Shown: positions 37,293 to 47,293 of the stretch, piece by piece
Layout: every line of letters starts with the position of its first letter
How positions within the stretch are numbered: position 1 is the stretch's first letter
Source of the DNA: Candidatus Krumholzibacteriota bacterium
GTDB taxonomy: Bacteria > Krumholzibacteriota > Krumholzibacteriia > Krumholzibacteriales > Krumholzibacteriaceae
Direction of reading: 5' to 3'
DNA length: 64,000 bases
Assembly: GCA_016932415.1 (NCBI GenBank)
Contig: JAFGCX010000001.1
Span: 17,934-81,933, forward strand
Notes under the pieces: generated by a model
The model's input: the letters and a program-made list of their open reading frames with translations, nothing else
Told to the model about the DNA's origin: nothing
The model's database searches: none
Program-made: the position numbers and the translations under genes

Positions 37293-38846
37293 TCACTCCC
37301 ATTCAATAGTACTTGGAGGTTTTGAACTTATATCGTATACGACCCTGTTTACGCCGTCTACCTTGTTGATTATCTCGTTCGAGACGCTCTGCAGAAATTC
37401 ATGCGGCAACTTTGCCCAGTCCGCAGTCATTCCGTCCGTGCTCGTGACGGCTCTTAAAGCGACGGCATTCTGGTAAGTCCTTTCATCCCCCATGACGCCG
37501 ACGCTCTTTACCGGAAGAAATACCGCGAAAGCCTGCCAGACCTCATCGTACAGGCCATCTCGCTTCAGACCGTCAATGAATATCCTGTCGACCTGCCGAA
37601 GGGTCGCGAGATCTTCTCTCCTGATCTCGCCGGGAATCCTCACTGCCAGTCCCGGGCCGGGAAAGGGATGCCTCTTGATCTGGCCGTCAGGAAGCCCAAG
37701 GTATCTTCCCACTTCCCTTACCTCGTCTTTGAAAAGCATCGAAAGCGGTTCTATCAGTTCAAACTCCATATCATCCGGCAACCCTCCGACATTATGGTGC
37801 GACTTGATCGTCTCGGATGGACCCACGGTCGAACGACTCTCGATCACATCGGGATATAAAGTGCCCTGGGCAAGGAATTTGAATGGGCCGTGTATTTTAC
37901 TCTGCTGGTCGAAGATATCGATAAAGCAGTTGCCGATGATCTTCCTTTTTTTCTCAGCGTCAGTTATTCCTTCCAGCCTGCTTAAAAATTCGTCAGAGGC
38001 ATCGACGAAGACAAGGTCCGCCGTCAGGTATCCTGAGAGCAGTTTCTGAACTTCCTCGGCTTCCCTGTCCCTCAGCAGACCGTTGTCTACAAAGACCGGG
38101 CAAAGCTGCCTGCCTATCGCCCTGTCGACGAGGGCTGCCATGACCGAACTGTCGACGCCACCGCTTACCGCGCAAAGCACTCTCGAATCGCCGACTTTTT
38201 CACGGATTTTCGTTATCTCGTAGTCGACATATGATTCAGAGCCCCAGTTCGGGGAACAATGGCATATCCTGAAAAGAAAGTTCCTTATGATCTCCTGTCC
38301 GAAATCGGTATGATAGACTTCCGGATGGAACTGAAGCCCGAATATCATCCCCGATTCATCCTCCATCGCGGCGATCGGGCATCCTTCTGATGAAGCAGTC
38401 GGGGAAAAACCCTCCGGAAGCGTATTTACCCTTACGCCGTGGCTCATCCATACCTTCTGGCTTTCAGGCGTCCCCTGAAAAAGGCTTGACCCGGCTCGGA
38501 CATCTATGACGACAGGCCCGAATTCCCTGTGATCCGATTTTTCAACGACAGCGCCTCTCTCGAGCGATATCAGCTGCATCCCGTAACAGACGCCAAGGAC
38601 GGGGATATTGAGAGAATAAATATCAGCTTTCAGTCCTGGAGCGTCTTTGTCGGCAACGTTGGCAGGCCCCCCCGACAGGATTATTCCCGCCGGTTTTTCC
38701 GACCTGATCTCATCAATCGTCGCCGAGTTCGGCAGAATCCTCGAAAAGACATTCTCAGACCGGATCTTCCTTGCGATCAGCTGAGTATACTGCGAACCGA
38801 AATCAAGTATGACGATCGATTCTCCGCTCCAGTCCGTTTTGTCCAA
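37293..38846 (-). CDS. guaA: GMP synthase (glutamine-hydrolysing)
   Basis: GATase domain (ILDFGSQYTQLIARKIRS), an ATP-PPase SGGVDSS motif, and a C-terminal dimerisation domain. TTG start with AGGAG SD. Confidence 0.9.
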   Translation of the reverse strand: MDKTDWSGESIVILDFGSQYTQLIARKIRSENVFSRILPNSATIDEIRSEKPAGIILSGGPANVADKDAPGLKADIYSLNIPVLGVCYGMQLISLERGAVVEKSDHREFGPVVIDVRAGSSLFQGTPESQKVWMSHGVRVNTLPEGFSPTASSEGCPIAAMEDESGMIFGLQFHPEVYHTDFGQEIIRNFLFRICHCSPNWGSESYVDYEITKIREKVGDSRVLCAVSGGVDSSVMAALVDRAIGRQLCPVFVDNGLLRDREAEEVQKLLSGYLTADLVFVDASDEFLSRLEGITDAEKKRKIIGNCFIDIFDQQSKIHGPFKFLAQGTLYPDVIESRSTVGPSETIKSHHNVGGLPDDMEFELIEPLSMLFKDEVREVGRYLGLPDGQIKRHPFPGPGLAVRIPGEIRREDLATLRQVDRIFIDGLKRDGLYDEVWQAFAVFLPVKSVGVMGDERTYQNAVALRAVTSTDGMTADWAKLPHEFLQSVSNEIINKVDGVNRVVYDISSKPPSTIEWE

Positions 38847-38855
38847 ATCATGCTC

Positions 38856-40418
38856 CTAATGTCTGAAATGTCTTCTTCCGGTAATGACCATAGCTATACC
38901 GAGTTTCTCGGCAGCCTTGATCACTTCATCATCCCTTATCGATCCACCCGGTTGAATGATCGATGTCACTCCCGCTTCGGCAAGCTGCTCTACTCCATCC
39001 GGAAAGGGGAAAAAGGCGTCCGACCCGGCTGATGTACCCGCAATCTCCATCCCTTCCCTTCGGGCCTTGTCAACCGCGATCCTGCACGAATCTATCCTGC
39101 TCATCTGCCCGGCGCCGACCCCGACAGTCCCTTCCCTGTCGCAGATAACTATCCCGTTGGATTTCAGGTGCTTGACTATCTTCCATGAGAGGATCAGTGC
39201 CTTTTTCTCGTTGTCAGTGGGTTTTCTTGATGTAACGTATTTCATGTCATCGAGTTCGGGAAAACCAGAGTCGCTTCTCTGGACAAGCAACATATCTCCC
39301 GCTTCCCGGCTTGTCCATCCGCCGGTTTCTCTCTCCCACTCAGGCTCGGGAACCGTTATGAGACGCAGGTTTTTCTTCTTTTTCAATCCCTCAAGAGCGC
39401 TGTCGGTGAACCCCTTGGCAAGTATCACTTCGACAAAACCGTCTTTTGACGCGGCAGCGAGATCTTCGTCTACAACTCCGTTGACCGATACGATCGAACC
39501 AAAAGCTGAAAGGGGATCGGTCTTTCTCGCCCTGATAAAACTTTCGTAAACGGAATCGCAGACGGCGGCGCCGCATGGATTCATATGTTTCAGGACGGCG
39601 CAGGAGTTTATTCCAAGGTCGACGCTGAGCAGAAAGGCGGCCCACATATCCTGGATGTTGTTAAAGGATAGTTCCTTTCCCTGATGCTGGACAAAGCGGT
39701 GAAACTCTCCCTTCGGGTTGTCCGACAGATATAATCCGGCAGGCTGGTGCGGATTCTCTCCATACCTCAGATCGTTTATCTTTGTGTACACGGAGGTTAT
39801 CTGCCCGGGAAGCGACCCTTCAGGTTCCAGACCATCGAAGAATGCAGATATTGCCGCGTCGTACGAAGCGGTATGGTGAAAAGCCTTCGAGGCGAGGCCT
39901 CTTCGCAGGTCAAGAGGCAAGGTGCCGTCATTTTTATCAAGCTGTCGGAGGATCTCACCATAGTCGGACGGATCGACGACGACCGCGACTGAATGGTAGT
40001 TCTTTCCCGCCGAACGTATCAGCGTAGGTCCCCCTATGTCGATCTGTTCGACGATCTCCTTTTCGCCAAGAGCGGGGTCGGAAACCGCCTCCCTGAACCG
40101 GTAGAGATTCACCACTACGAGATCTATAAGTGATATCTCAAGCTCCTTCGCCTGGCTGAGATGTGCATCCTTTTCCCGGTCGGCAAGGATCCCTCCGTGG
40201 ATCTTCGGATGAAGAGTCTTGACACGGCCATCCATGCATTCGGGAAATCCCGTCAGATCGCTGACCCCAACTACATCTATACCTGCTTTCCTGATGATCC
40301 CGGCAGTTCCTCCCGACGCGATTATTTCGATCCCCCTGTCGCTCAGACTCTTCGCGAACGATTCGATTCCAGTCTTGTCGGTAACGCTGATCAGTGCCCG
40401 TCTGATTTTTCCGGTCAT
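38856..40418 (-). CDS. purH: bifunctional AICAR formyltransferase / IMP cyclohydrolase
   Basis: MGS-like N-terminus ALISVTDKTGI…SGGTAG and an AICARFT domain. The ATG overlaps the purC stop. Confidence 0.9.
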   Translation of the reverse strand: MTGKIRRALISVTDKTGIESFAKSLSDRGIEIIASGGTAGIIRKAGIDVVGVSDLTGFPECMDGRVKTLHPKIHGGILADREKDAHLSQAKELEISLIDLVVVNLYRFREAVSDPALGEKEIVEQIDIGGPTLIRSAGKNYHSVAVVVDPSDYGEILRQLDKNDGTLPLDLRRGLASKAFHHTASYDAAISAFFDGLEPEGSLPGQITSVYTKINDLRYGENPHQPAGLYLSDNPKGEFHRFVQHQGKELSFNNIQDMWAAFLLSVDLGINSCAVLKHMNPCGAAVCDSVYESFIRARKTDPLSAFGSIVSVNGVVDEDLAAASKDGFVEVILAKGFTDSALEGLKKKKNLRLITVPEPEWERETGGWTSREAGDMLLVQRSDSGFPELDDMKYVTSRKPTDNEKKALILSWKIVKHLKSNGIVICDREGTVGVGAGQMSRIDSCRIAVDKARREGMEIAGTSAGSDAFFPFPDGVEQLAEAGVTSIIQPGGSIRDDEVIKAAEKLGIAMVITGRRHFRH

Positions 40419-41326
40419 TAGAAATACCTTTCGATATTCATGTCGGGAAAGAGATTCTTGACAGCCATTTTGTAACGTTCTGAAGTCTTTTGTACTATAT
40501 CGACAGGCAGTTCCGGAGCAGGCGGTTCATGATCCCATCCGCTCTCGTCGAGCCAGTCCCTGACGAACTGCTTGTCCAGGCTTCTCTGCTGCCTCCCGGG
40601 CTCATATTCTTCTTTCAGCCAGAACCTCGAAGAATCGGGAGTAAGTACTTCATCGATTATCACGATCTGGTTCCCTACATATCCGAATTCAAATTTTGTG
40701 TCGGCGATTATTATCCCGTTTTCGGCGGCGAAAGCGCTTGCCTTTTTGTAGATATCGAGGCTTAAATCTTTAAGCTTGATGACAGCTTCCTCTCCGACTA
40801 TCGCGGCGGCCTTTTCGATGGAGATATTCTCGTCGTGGCCTGAGTCAGCTTTGGTCGATGGGGTAAAGATTGGTTCGGGAAGCTTCTCTGAAAGCTTTAA
40901 TCCATCAGGCAGCCTGATTCCGCAGACCTCGCCTGTAGCTGAATATTCCTTCCAGCCGGAACCTGATATATATCCCCGCACTATACATTCGAGGTCTATC
41001 CTTTTTGCTTTTTTCACGAGCATCGAGCGGCCTCCGAGCTCACTCTCGAATCGATTGAATGGATCAGGATATTCTGACACGTCGACTGATATCATGTGGT
41101 TTGGAAGGTCCCTGAACCAGTCGAACCACGCCGCCGATATCATGTTCAGCACGGCTCCCTTTCCCGGGATCGGCGTCGGCAGGATCGAGTCGTACGCCGA
41201 TATCCTGTCCGATGCTACTATGATAAGCCTGTCGCCGAGATCGAATATATCACGGACTTTCCCCCTGTATTCAGGCTCGATTTCGTGGAACTCCACCTTT
41301 TTACCTTTGTATTTTTCGTCATTCAT
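40418..41326 (-). CDS. purC: phosphoribosylaminoimidazole-succinocarboxamide synthase (long form)
   Basis: GKVRDIFDLGDRLIIVASDRISAYD. It overlaps purN by 8 nt. Confidence 0.9.
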   Translation of the reverse strand: MNDEKYKGKKVEFHEIEPEYRGKVRDIFDLGDRLIIVASDRISAYDSILPTPIPGKGAVLNMISAAWFDWFRDLPNHMISVDVSEYPDPFNRFESELGGRSMLVKKAKRIDLECIVRGYISGSGWKEYSATGEVCGIRLPDGLKLSEKLPEPIFTPSTKADSGHDENISIEKAAAIVGEEAVIKLKDLSLDIYKKASAFAAENGIIIADTKFEFGYVGNQIVIIDEVLTPDSSRFWLKEEYEPGRQQRSLDKQFVRDWLDESGWDHEPPAPELPVDIVQKTSERYKMAVKNLFPDMNIERYF

Positions 41327-41942
41327 CTTTGATTATCACTTTCCTTCCATCGATTCTGATCCTGCCCTCAGCGAATGCTTTGACCGCTTCCGAATAGGCT
41401 AAGTGTTCCTGCGCGAGGATCCTTTCGCTCAGGGATTCACCTGTATCGCTTTCAAGTACCGGAACAGTCTTCTGAAAAATTATAGGTCCGGTATCGACAC
41501 CCTTGTCGACAAAATGGACCGTACAGCCGCTTACCTTAACCCCATATTCGATCGCCTGCTTTTGTCCATCGAGACCTTTGAAACTGGGCAATATCGAAGG
41601 ATGGATATTGAGCATCCTGCCGGAGTATTCATCTAGCAGCTTCCCCTTGACGATCCTCATGAATCCCGCGAGGCAGATCAGTCCAACTCCACGTTCATCG
41701 CAGAGCCTGAAGATCGTCTCGCTGCTTTCCCGGCTCATTGATCCCCTGCTACTCCCGCAATTGACAGTTTCAGAGTCGATTGCGAACCTTTCAGCAATCG
41801 CCATAGCTCCGGCATCGGCATTGTCCACAATCAGCAGAGCTATCACCGCTGGAAAATCCGGTGACTGGCATGAAGTCGCCAGGGCTTCGAAATTGCTTCC
41901 TCTTCCCGATGCCATCACTGCTATCTTCAATTTTTCAGCCAT
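41319..41942 (-). CDS. purN: phosphoribosylglycinamide formyltransferase
   Basis: KIAVMASGRGSNFEAL. The folate-binding region and catalytic N…H…D are present. AAGGTGGGA SD. Confidence 0.85.
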   Translation of the reverse strand: MAEKLKIAVMASGRGSNFEALATSCQSPDFPAVIALLIVDNADAGAMAIAERFAIDSETVNCGSSRGSMSRESSETIFRLCDERGVGLICLAGFMRIVKGKLLDEYSGRMLNIHPSILPSFKGLDGQKQAIEYGVKVSGCTVHFVDKGVDTGPIIFQKTVPVLESDTGESLSERILAQEHLAYSEAVKAFAEGRIRIDGRKVIIKDE

Positions 41943-42002
41943 ATTCCCACCTTCGGCATCCGCGGAATAAGCGATCGGGACGTCATAAATTTAAAAAAAG
42001 GC

Positions 42003-42023
42003 CAGCTGGCCGGTTAAACACAG
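42003..42023 (-). terminator. possible terminator after the comEC-like gene
   Basis: Palindrome GGCCAGCTGGCC is followed on the minus strand by TTTTTTT. The stem is short, so this is weak. It lies between the comEC stop and the purN promoter region, inside an AT-rich 215-bp spacer. Confidence 0.3.
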
Positions 42024-42158
42024 TTGCATATTATCCCGCCTTCCATTTCAAGTCAAGAATCTATATTTTAATTATTCGGCGAGTATCATTCAGAACAGCT
42101 TAATATAATAGTTTATGTTATTACTTTAATATCTTGTCATAAATAATATTATAAGGTT

Positions 42159-43976
42159 TTATTGTTTAATGCTGAACGATATCCCCGAATCCTCTACTGA
42201 AAGCCTCTCTCCTTTTTTCAGTGGAAACAAAGAAGGCGGCGCTATCTCGATCATGGCGTTATTCCCCCTTAGAACAATGAAAGAATCGACTGCGGAGACC
42301 TTCAGGTCTTCTTTCGACCCCTTTCGCGTCATAGGCCTGATCGTCCCTTCCAAATATGGACTGCAGAATATCTCCCGAACCTTCATCCTGCGAAGAAGCA
42401 GATCCAATCCCCGCGGATCTGCCAGTGATCCGGGTGTATATATTACGATATCAATCGCCGGCACCCCCCTTTTCCATAGATCTGTCATATAGCGCTCGGC
42501 TGAGCGGAATGTGATCTTTTTTTCAATGATGATCATCCTCTTTTCTCCGAAACACTCGATCACTCCATCATCTGCTTTGACCAGCGAGGATCCTCCATGG
42601 GATGATGAGAGCGGGTTTATGGCCCTGCCTCCCATCGCTCCGGCTGCCACAGAGAAAGTGAAAGAGAAGATCGAGAGGATAACGATCCCCTTTTTTCCGC
42701 CTGATCTCTTTTTCAATGAAAGGATCAGAAAAATCACTCCCGCGGCAAAGGTGGAGGGCTCGATGCTTCCTCTGATAATCGCGTGGCGCCCAACGCTGGA
42801 TAGAAAAGAGGGCGTCTCGGTCATTATCCTGGAAAGGTATCCGATCAGAGGCACAACCGTATACCGGGAAAGGGCCGGAGGCAGAATTATGAGAAGAAGC
42901 CCCAGGTGCAATATTGCCGTTACGGGAAGGATTAGGAGAAGATTCGCCGCGACGGATATCAAGGGGATTCTTCCGAAATATTCAAGTATCAATGGAAGGG
43001 TAAATATCTGTATCGAAATCGTGATCGTCACTGCCGAAAACAGATATTTTATACAGTTCTTTTTCATTACCGCGGGAAGATATCTTTCAGTGATCTGCAG
43101 CGCCGGAAAAGCGATAAATGCTATAGCCGATACGGCCATAAAGGAAAGCTGGTATCCCGTGCTCAGTATCAATTCCGGTTTTACCGTTAAAAGCAGAAAA
43201 GACCCTGTTATCAGGGCATCGTCGAGAGTGCATTTGATCCCTGAATATCTGAATATCCTGAAAGAAGCGAACAGCGAGAAGGCTCTGAGAAGCGAATGCG
43301 GACAGCCAGCAAGGACAACGTAAGCGGCCAGAGCGGTGAAAAGGGCAATTTCCCTGGCCGGCCTCGACCTGAGACAGATCCTCAGGATAAATGAGAAGGA
43401 GATCGTGATGATACCGAGATGCAGTCCACTCAAAGCGAGAAAATGCGATATCCCGATGAACCGGTATTCCTCCAGCAGACTGTATTCGACAGCTCTTCTC
43501 TCAGCAAGAAGAAGGGTTCTCAGCAACTGCCTCGCTTTTGTGTCCAGGTGAGGATGATCGATCCTTCCGCTTAAAATTTTTCTTGCGCGGGATATCGATC
43601 GCTCGATCCCGCTGAGTGTTCCGGCATTCTCCAACCATCCATCGGTATCTTTCGATCCCGCTGCCTCAATGACTTTATCGGCCCTGAATGTTTCTTCCGG
43701 TCTCGTATGCCCCGCGGCGGAAAAGAGCGATATGGTATCAGAAGCTGAAAAGACTATCAGTGATGTGGATGATATGATTATAAAATCTCTCGCGAGCCTC
43801 GTCCTGATACCGACTGGTCCCGCCGCCGCGTCGATGGCAAAGAGGATATCTGTAAAAGGCTTTTTCCTGAATTGATCGATTACTAGTAAAACTGAAAAGT
43901 AAAATGCTGATAACGCGCTGCCGGAAAAAAAGATACCGGCAATAAAAAATACGGCCCACCACCTTACCATCTTCAT
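42159..43976 (-). CDS. ComEC/Rec2-family polytopic membrane protein; no recognisable metallo-β-lactamase His motifs
   Basis: Competence-domain signature GISHFLALSGLHLGII, many TM helices, and a DUF4131-like N-terminus. The C-terminal ~180 aa have no HxHxDH motif. GGGGAGG SD. Confidence 0.65.
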   Translation of the reverse strand: MKMVRWWAVFFIAGIFFSGSALSAFYFSVLLVIDQFRKKPFTDILFAIDAAAGPVGIRTRLARDFIIISSTSLIVFSASDTISLFSAAGHTRPEETFRADKVIEAAGSKDTDGWLENAGTLSGIERSISRARKILSGRIDHPHLDTKARQLLRTLLLAERRAVEYSLLEEYRFIGISHFLALSGLHLGIITISFSFILRICLRSRPAREIALFTALAAYVVLAGCPHSLLRAFSLFASFRIFRYSGIKCTLDDALITGSFLLLTVKPELILSTGYQLSFMAVSAIAFIAFPALQITERYLPAVMKKNCIKYLFSAVTITISIQIFTLPLILEYFGRIPLISVAANLLLILPVTAILHLGLLLIILPPALSRYTVVPLIGYLSRIMTETPSFLSSVGRHAIIRGSIEPSTFAAGVIFLILSLKKRSGGKKGIVILSIFSFTFSVAAGAMGGRAINPLSSSHGGSSLVKADDGVIECFGEKRMIIIEKKITFRSAERYMTDLWKRGVPAIDIVIYTPGSLADPRGLDLLLRRMKVREIFCSPYLEGTIRPMTRKGSKEDLKVSAVDSFIVLRGNNAMIEIAPPSLFPLKKGERLSVEDSGISFSIKQ

Positions 43977-44020
43977 CCTCCCCGGCCATATCCAGACAGT
44001 TTTTTGTTCTTAAGATTCTT

Positions 44021-45355
44021 CTAGTCCCTTTCCGTGTCTCCCCTGTAAAACCTTATCATATTCTTACCCAGTTGCTTTGCTTCAAGAAGCATCTGATCGG
44101 CTTTCCTGAAGAGTTCTTTCTCGTTTTCGGCATCCCTGGGATATACGCAACCGCCTATCGAAAGAGTTATCTTTACGGCTGATCCGTCTTCAAGCTTCAT
44201 CCTCGTCTTTTCGATGACCTCCCTTATCCTTTCAGCGGTCCTTTCCGCGGCTTCCATGTCAGCGCCAGGAAGAAGGGCGACAAACTCTTCTCCGCCGAAT
44301 CTGAAGAAAAGGTCGATTTTTCTAAGATGCCCTCGAACCGTCGTGGCGACTGTCTTCAATACCCGGTCTCCGATATCGTGCCCGTATAGATCGTTGAAAC
44401 GCTTGAAATCATCAATATCCATGATAAGGAATCCGAGTGATTTTCTGTTTCGGGACGCTCTTTCCATCTCGAGCGAGAGCTGCGACTCATAGAAATTGCG
44501 GTTATATACTCCTGTCAGCCTGTCTATCGAGACTCTTTCCTCAAGATGATTGTTGTTTTCGATCAATTTTACTATACTCCGGCCAAGGAGGTAGCAGTTA
44601 TACAGGCTTTCATTTCCGGGATATTCCCTTCCATGGACATCCAGCTGCATCAGGCCGAATCTTCTTCCGCCCCTCTGGAGGGGGATCAGTACGATATAGA
44701 TCGATTGGGGATCGGTCTTGAAAAGGTTCTTTTCAGGAGTGATCTCCTCCTTTTTTACTTCCGTGTGTATCCTTCCATTATTCACCGCTCTTCTGTACGG
44801 TGAATCGGATACCAGTTTGTTCCATGATACCAGCCGGATACTGTCGCTTTCCCGGAGACCTGATTTGGATGATTGATCGAATATGGCGATGCGGGCGTTC
44901 AGATCGCTTCTTATGCCTTTTACCATATCGAGAAGGCTTTCCACCCGTTCACTGAGGGTACCGCCTGATTCATCAAGTGACATGGAGGATATTATACCCT
45001 CAAAGACTGAAGAGACTATGCCCTTTTCCGGTTTTTCGGCCACCGCGTCGAGCGAGACCCATTCAGTCTCAGCCATTTCAAGAGTATACCTTGCTTTCCC
45101 GTCTTTCCGGATATACGACAGGGTTACTCTGCCGCTATCGTGATGAGGCCTGTCTCTCGAGAAATCACCGAGAAGGACAAGCTCTTCCATCGCGAGGAAA
45201 GCCTCCTTTATCATCTTTGACCTGTCATTGCTGGTCAGGGCGTCGAGTATCCCTTCTATCCTGTTCGAGGACAGAAGATACCTCGGGATAAGACTGGCAA
45301 GAAGATACTGATAATCTTTTTCAAAACGAGGATGCATTATTCTACTCGCAAGCAC
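44021..45355 (-). CDS. diguanylate cyclase (GGDEF) with an N-terminal sensory (GAF-like) region
   Basis: GGDEF domain RLTGVYNRNFYESQ…DIDDFKRFNDLYGHDIGDRVL…FRFGGEEF with a GGEEF active site. The start is uncertain (GTG at 45355 or an internal ATG). Confidence 0.8.
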   Translation of the reverse strand: MLASRIMHPRFEKDYQYLLASLIPRYLLSSNRIEGILDALTSNDRSKMIKEAFLAMEELVLLGDFSRDRPHHDSGRVTLSYIRKDGKARYTLEMAETEWVSLDAVAEKPEKGIVSSVFEGIISSMSLDESGGTLSERVESLLDMVKGIRSDLNARIAIFDQSSKSGLRESDSIRLVSWNKLVSDSPYRRAVNNGRIHTEVKKEEITPEKNLFKTDPQSIYIVLIPLQRGGRRFGLMQLDVHGREYPGNESLYNCYLLGRSIVKLIENNNHLEERVSIDRLTGVYNRNFYESQLSLEMERASRNRKSLGFLIMDIDDFKRFNDLYGHDIGDRVLKTVATTVRGHLRKIDLFFRFGGEEFVALLPGADMEAAERTAERIREVIEKTRMKLEDGSAVKITLSIGGCVYPRDAENEKELFRKADQMLLEAKQLGKNMIRFYRGDTERD

Positions 45356-45384
45356 TGATGTTTTAGCTAACGTATCCTTTGTTT

Positions 45385-45414
45385 ATTATATCATTAAATC
45401 TGACGTTTTTCCAA
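45385..45414 (-). promoter_or_regulatory. σ70-type promoter for the GGDEF gene
   Basis: Minus-strand TTGGAA, an 18-nt spacer, then TATAAT (plus ttccaa at 45409–45414 and attata at 45385–45390). Confidence 0.4.
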
Positions 45415-45433
45415 GAATATCGAAGACCTTTAC

Positions 45434-45462
45434 TTGAATAATACCGGGATATTGGATATATT
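45434..45462 (+). promoter_or_regulatory. σ70-type promoter for the mltD-like gene
   Basis: TTGAAT (45434–45439), a 17-nt spacer, then TATATT (45457–45462). AGGTGAGGAA SD before the ATG at 45488. Confidence 0.4.
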
Positions 45463-45487
45463 CCCCAATAAAGGTGAGGAATCTATT

Positions 45488-47293
45488 ATGAGAATTTCGA
45501 TATTTTTACTGATTTCAATCTCGGTGATCACGCTTTCGGGCTGTTTCTGGTCGAAAAATGTTGACAATATACAGGTTACGGATTATCCAACAGCTCTTAC
45601 AGGGGAAGACCTGTATCTTCTCTACCCCCGCCTGATCCTTCTCCACGAACAACTTGATGAGGCTAACGCCTACTATTATCTGGGCGATATTGAAAACGCG
45701 GTCATACAGAGCGATTTTCTGCTGGATAAGATCGACGCGATGAAAGCCGAATCGCCTGTCCCGTTCTTGTGCAGCCACCTCGATTCACTGGAAACAATAA
45801 TTTACTACCTGAAGGAAAAGATAATAGAGGAAGATGATATCAGGGAGTGGCAATCTCATATCTCATCCGCTTTTGATTCAATAGGAGAAAATCATGTTGT
45901 CGAGGAAGAAATCGAGATCGTCTATAACTGGAGGACTGATCACTGGATAAAATATTTCACCGGAAAGGGACGCAAACATTACAAAAAATGGCTCGATCGC
46001 TCGGAAAAATACAGGGATATTATCGAGCCGATCCTTGTAAAAAATGAAGTGCCCCGTGATCTGCTCTTCCTTGCGATTATCGAAAGCGGGCTTAATCTCG
46101 ACGCGAGATCGAATGTAAAAGCGACAGGCCCGTGGCAGTTTATGGCTGGAACCGGAAGATTATTCAATCTGAGGATCAACTGGTGGATCGATGAGAGAAA
46201 AGATATCGTCGCTTCTACTTACGCGGCTGCTCATTATCTCAAATACCTTCACAATCTGTTCGGAAACTGGCAGCTCGCTCTGGCGGCCTACAACTCTGGC
46301 GAATACAGGGTCGCGCACGCGATCTCAAGCCAGAAGACCCGCGACTACTGGCAACTGAGGTTACCCAGCCAGACAAAATGGTTCGTACCGAAGTTTATGG
46401 CCGCCCTGGCTATCGGACGAAATCCTGAAAATTTCGGTTTCGATAAGCCTCAATCGGCACCCCTCGAGTTTGACATGATCACCCTGGACAGGTCGACCGA
46501 TCTCAGGATCATAGCTTCAGCTGCCGGCAGTACTTTGACCGCCATCAAGAATCTTAACCCCGCGCTAAAACGCTGGGCGACTCCACCAGGGATGACTATT
46601 GAACTCAAGGTCCCTCCCGGAACCGGTGACAGAGTCCTTGAAAAGATAAATTCGATCCCTCCGGAAGAGAGGGTCTCCTGGTTGAGGCACAAGATAAAAA
46701 GCGGGGAGACACTTTCATATATCGCTTCGAAATACGAGATATCGCAGAAAGAGCTTAAAAGGATAAACGGAATAGAGAATGTCCACAAAATCAGGGTGGG
46801 ACAGATGCTGATGATACCGACGCGCGATGACGATCCAGCCGTCTCCGACTCGTCGGATCCAAAATATATGGATCCACCAGATCTGCCTTCGAAGATCAGG
46901 ATGAAAAGATATGAACCTCCCGCCGGAAAGACAAAGATCGTCTATACGGTAAAAGACAGGGATACTCTCAGTGAGATCGCTGAAAAATACAACGTCGGGC
47001 TGAGCAGGATCAGAAGATGGAATAACCTTCAGTACAGATCGATGATCCACCCCGGCGATAACCTCGTCATCTATGTCGACCCTGATTCCGGGTTTGACAG
47101 TTTTGCTGCCAACACGACAGATACGAACGGAAAAAGAGAACATATTCATATCGTTAAAAGGGGAGAGACACTCTCTTCTATCTGCAATGTCTACAAGATC
47201 CGTCTTTCCGATATTCTTTCGTGGAATCACATGATAAACAAGGACAGGCTGTATCCGGGGGAAAAGATCAGGATGTGGCTGCCGGCTGAATGA
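45488..47293 (+). CDS. mltD: membrane-bound lytic murein transglycosylase D-like lipoprotein (SLT domain + 3 LysM)
   Basis: Start at MRISIFLLISISVITLSGC (lipoprotein signal). SLT catalytic region ESGLNLDARSNVKATGPWQFMAGTG…AAYNSGEYRV. Three LysM modules (GETLSYIASKYEIS…, DTLSEIAEKYNVG…, GETLSSICNVYKIR…). Confidence 0.8.
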   Translation: MRISIFLLISISVITLSGCFWSKNVDNIQVTDYPTALTGEDLYLLYPRLILLHEQLDEANAYYYLGDIENAVIQSDFLLDKIDAMKAESPVPFLCSHLDSLETIIYYLKEKIIEEDDIREWQSHISSAFDSIGENHVVEEEIEIVYNWRTDHWIKYFTGKGRKHYKKWLDRSEKYRDIIEPILVKNEVPRDLLFLAIIESGLNLDARSNVKATGPWQFMAGTGRLFNLRINWWIDERKDIVASTYAAAHYLKYLHNLFGNWQLALAAYNSGEYRVAHAISSQKTRDYWQLRLPSQTKWFVPKFMAALAIGRNPENFGFDKPQSAPLEFDMITLDRSTDLRIIASAAGSTLTAIKNLNPALKRWATPPGMTIELKVPPGTGDRVLEKINSIPPEERVSWLRHKIKSGETLSYIASKYEISQKELKRINGIENVHKIRVGQMLMIPTRDDDPAVSDSSDPKYMDPPDLPSKIRMKRYEPPAGKTKIVYTVKDRDTLSEIAEKYNVGLSRIRRWNNLQYRSMIHPGDNLVIYVDPDSGFDSFAANTTDTNGKREHIHIVKRGETLSSICNVYKIRLSDILSWNHMINKDRLYPGEKIRMWLPAE

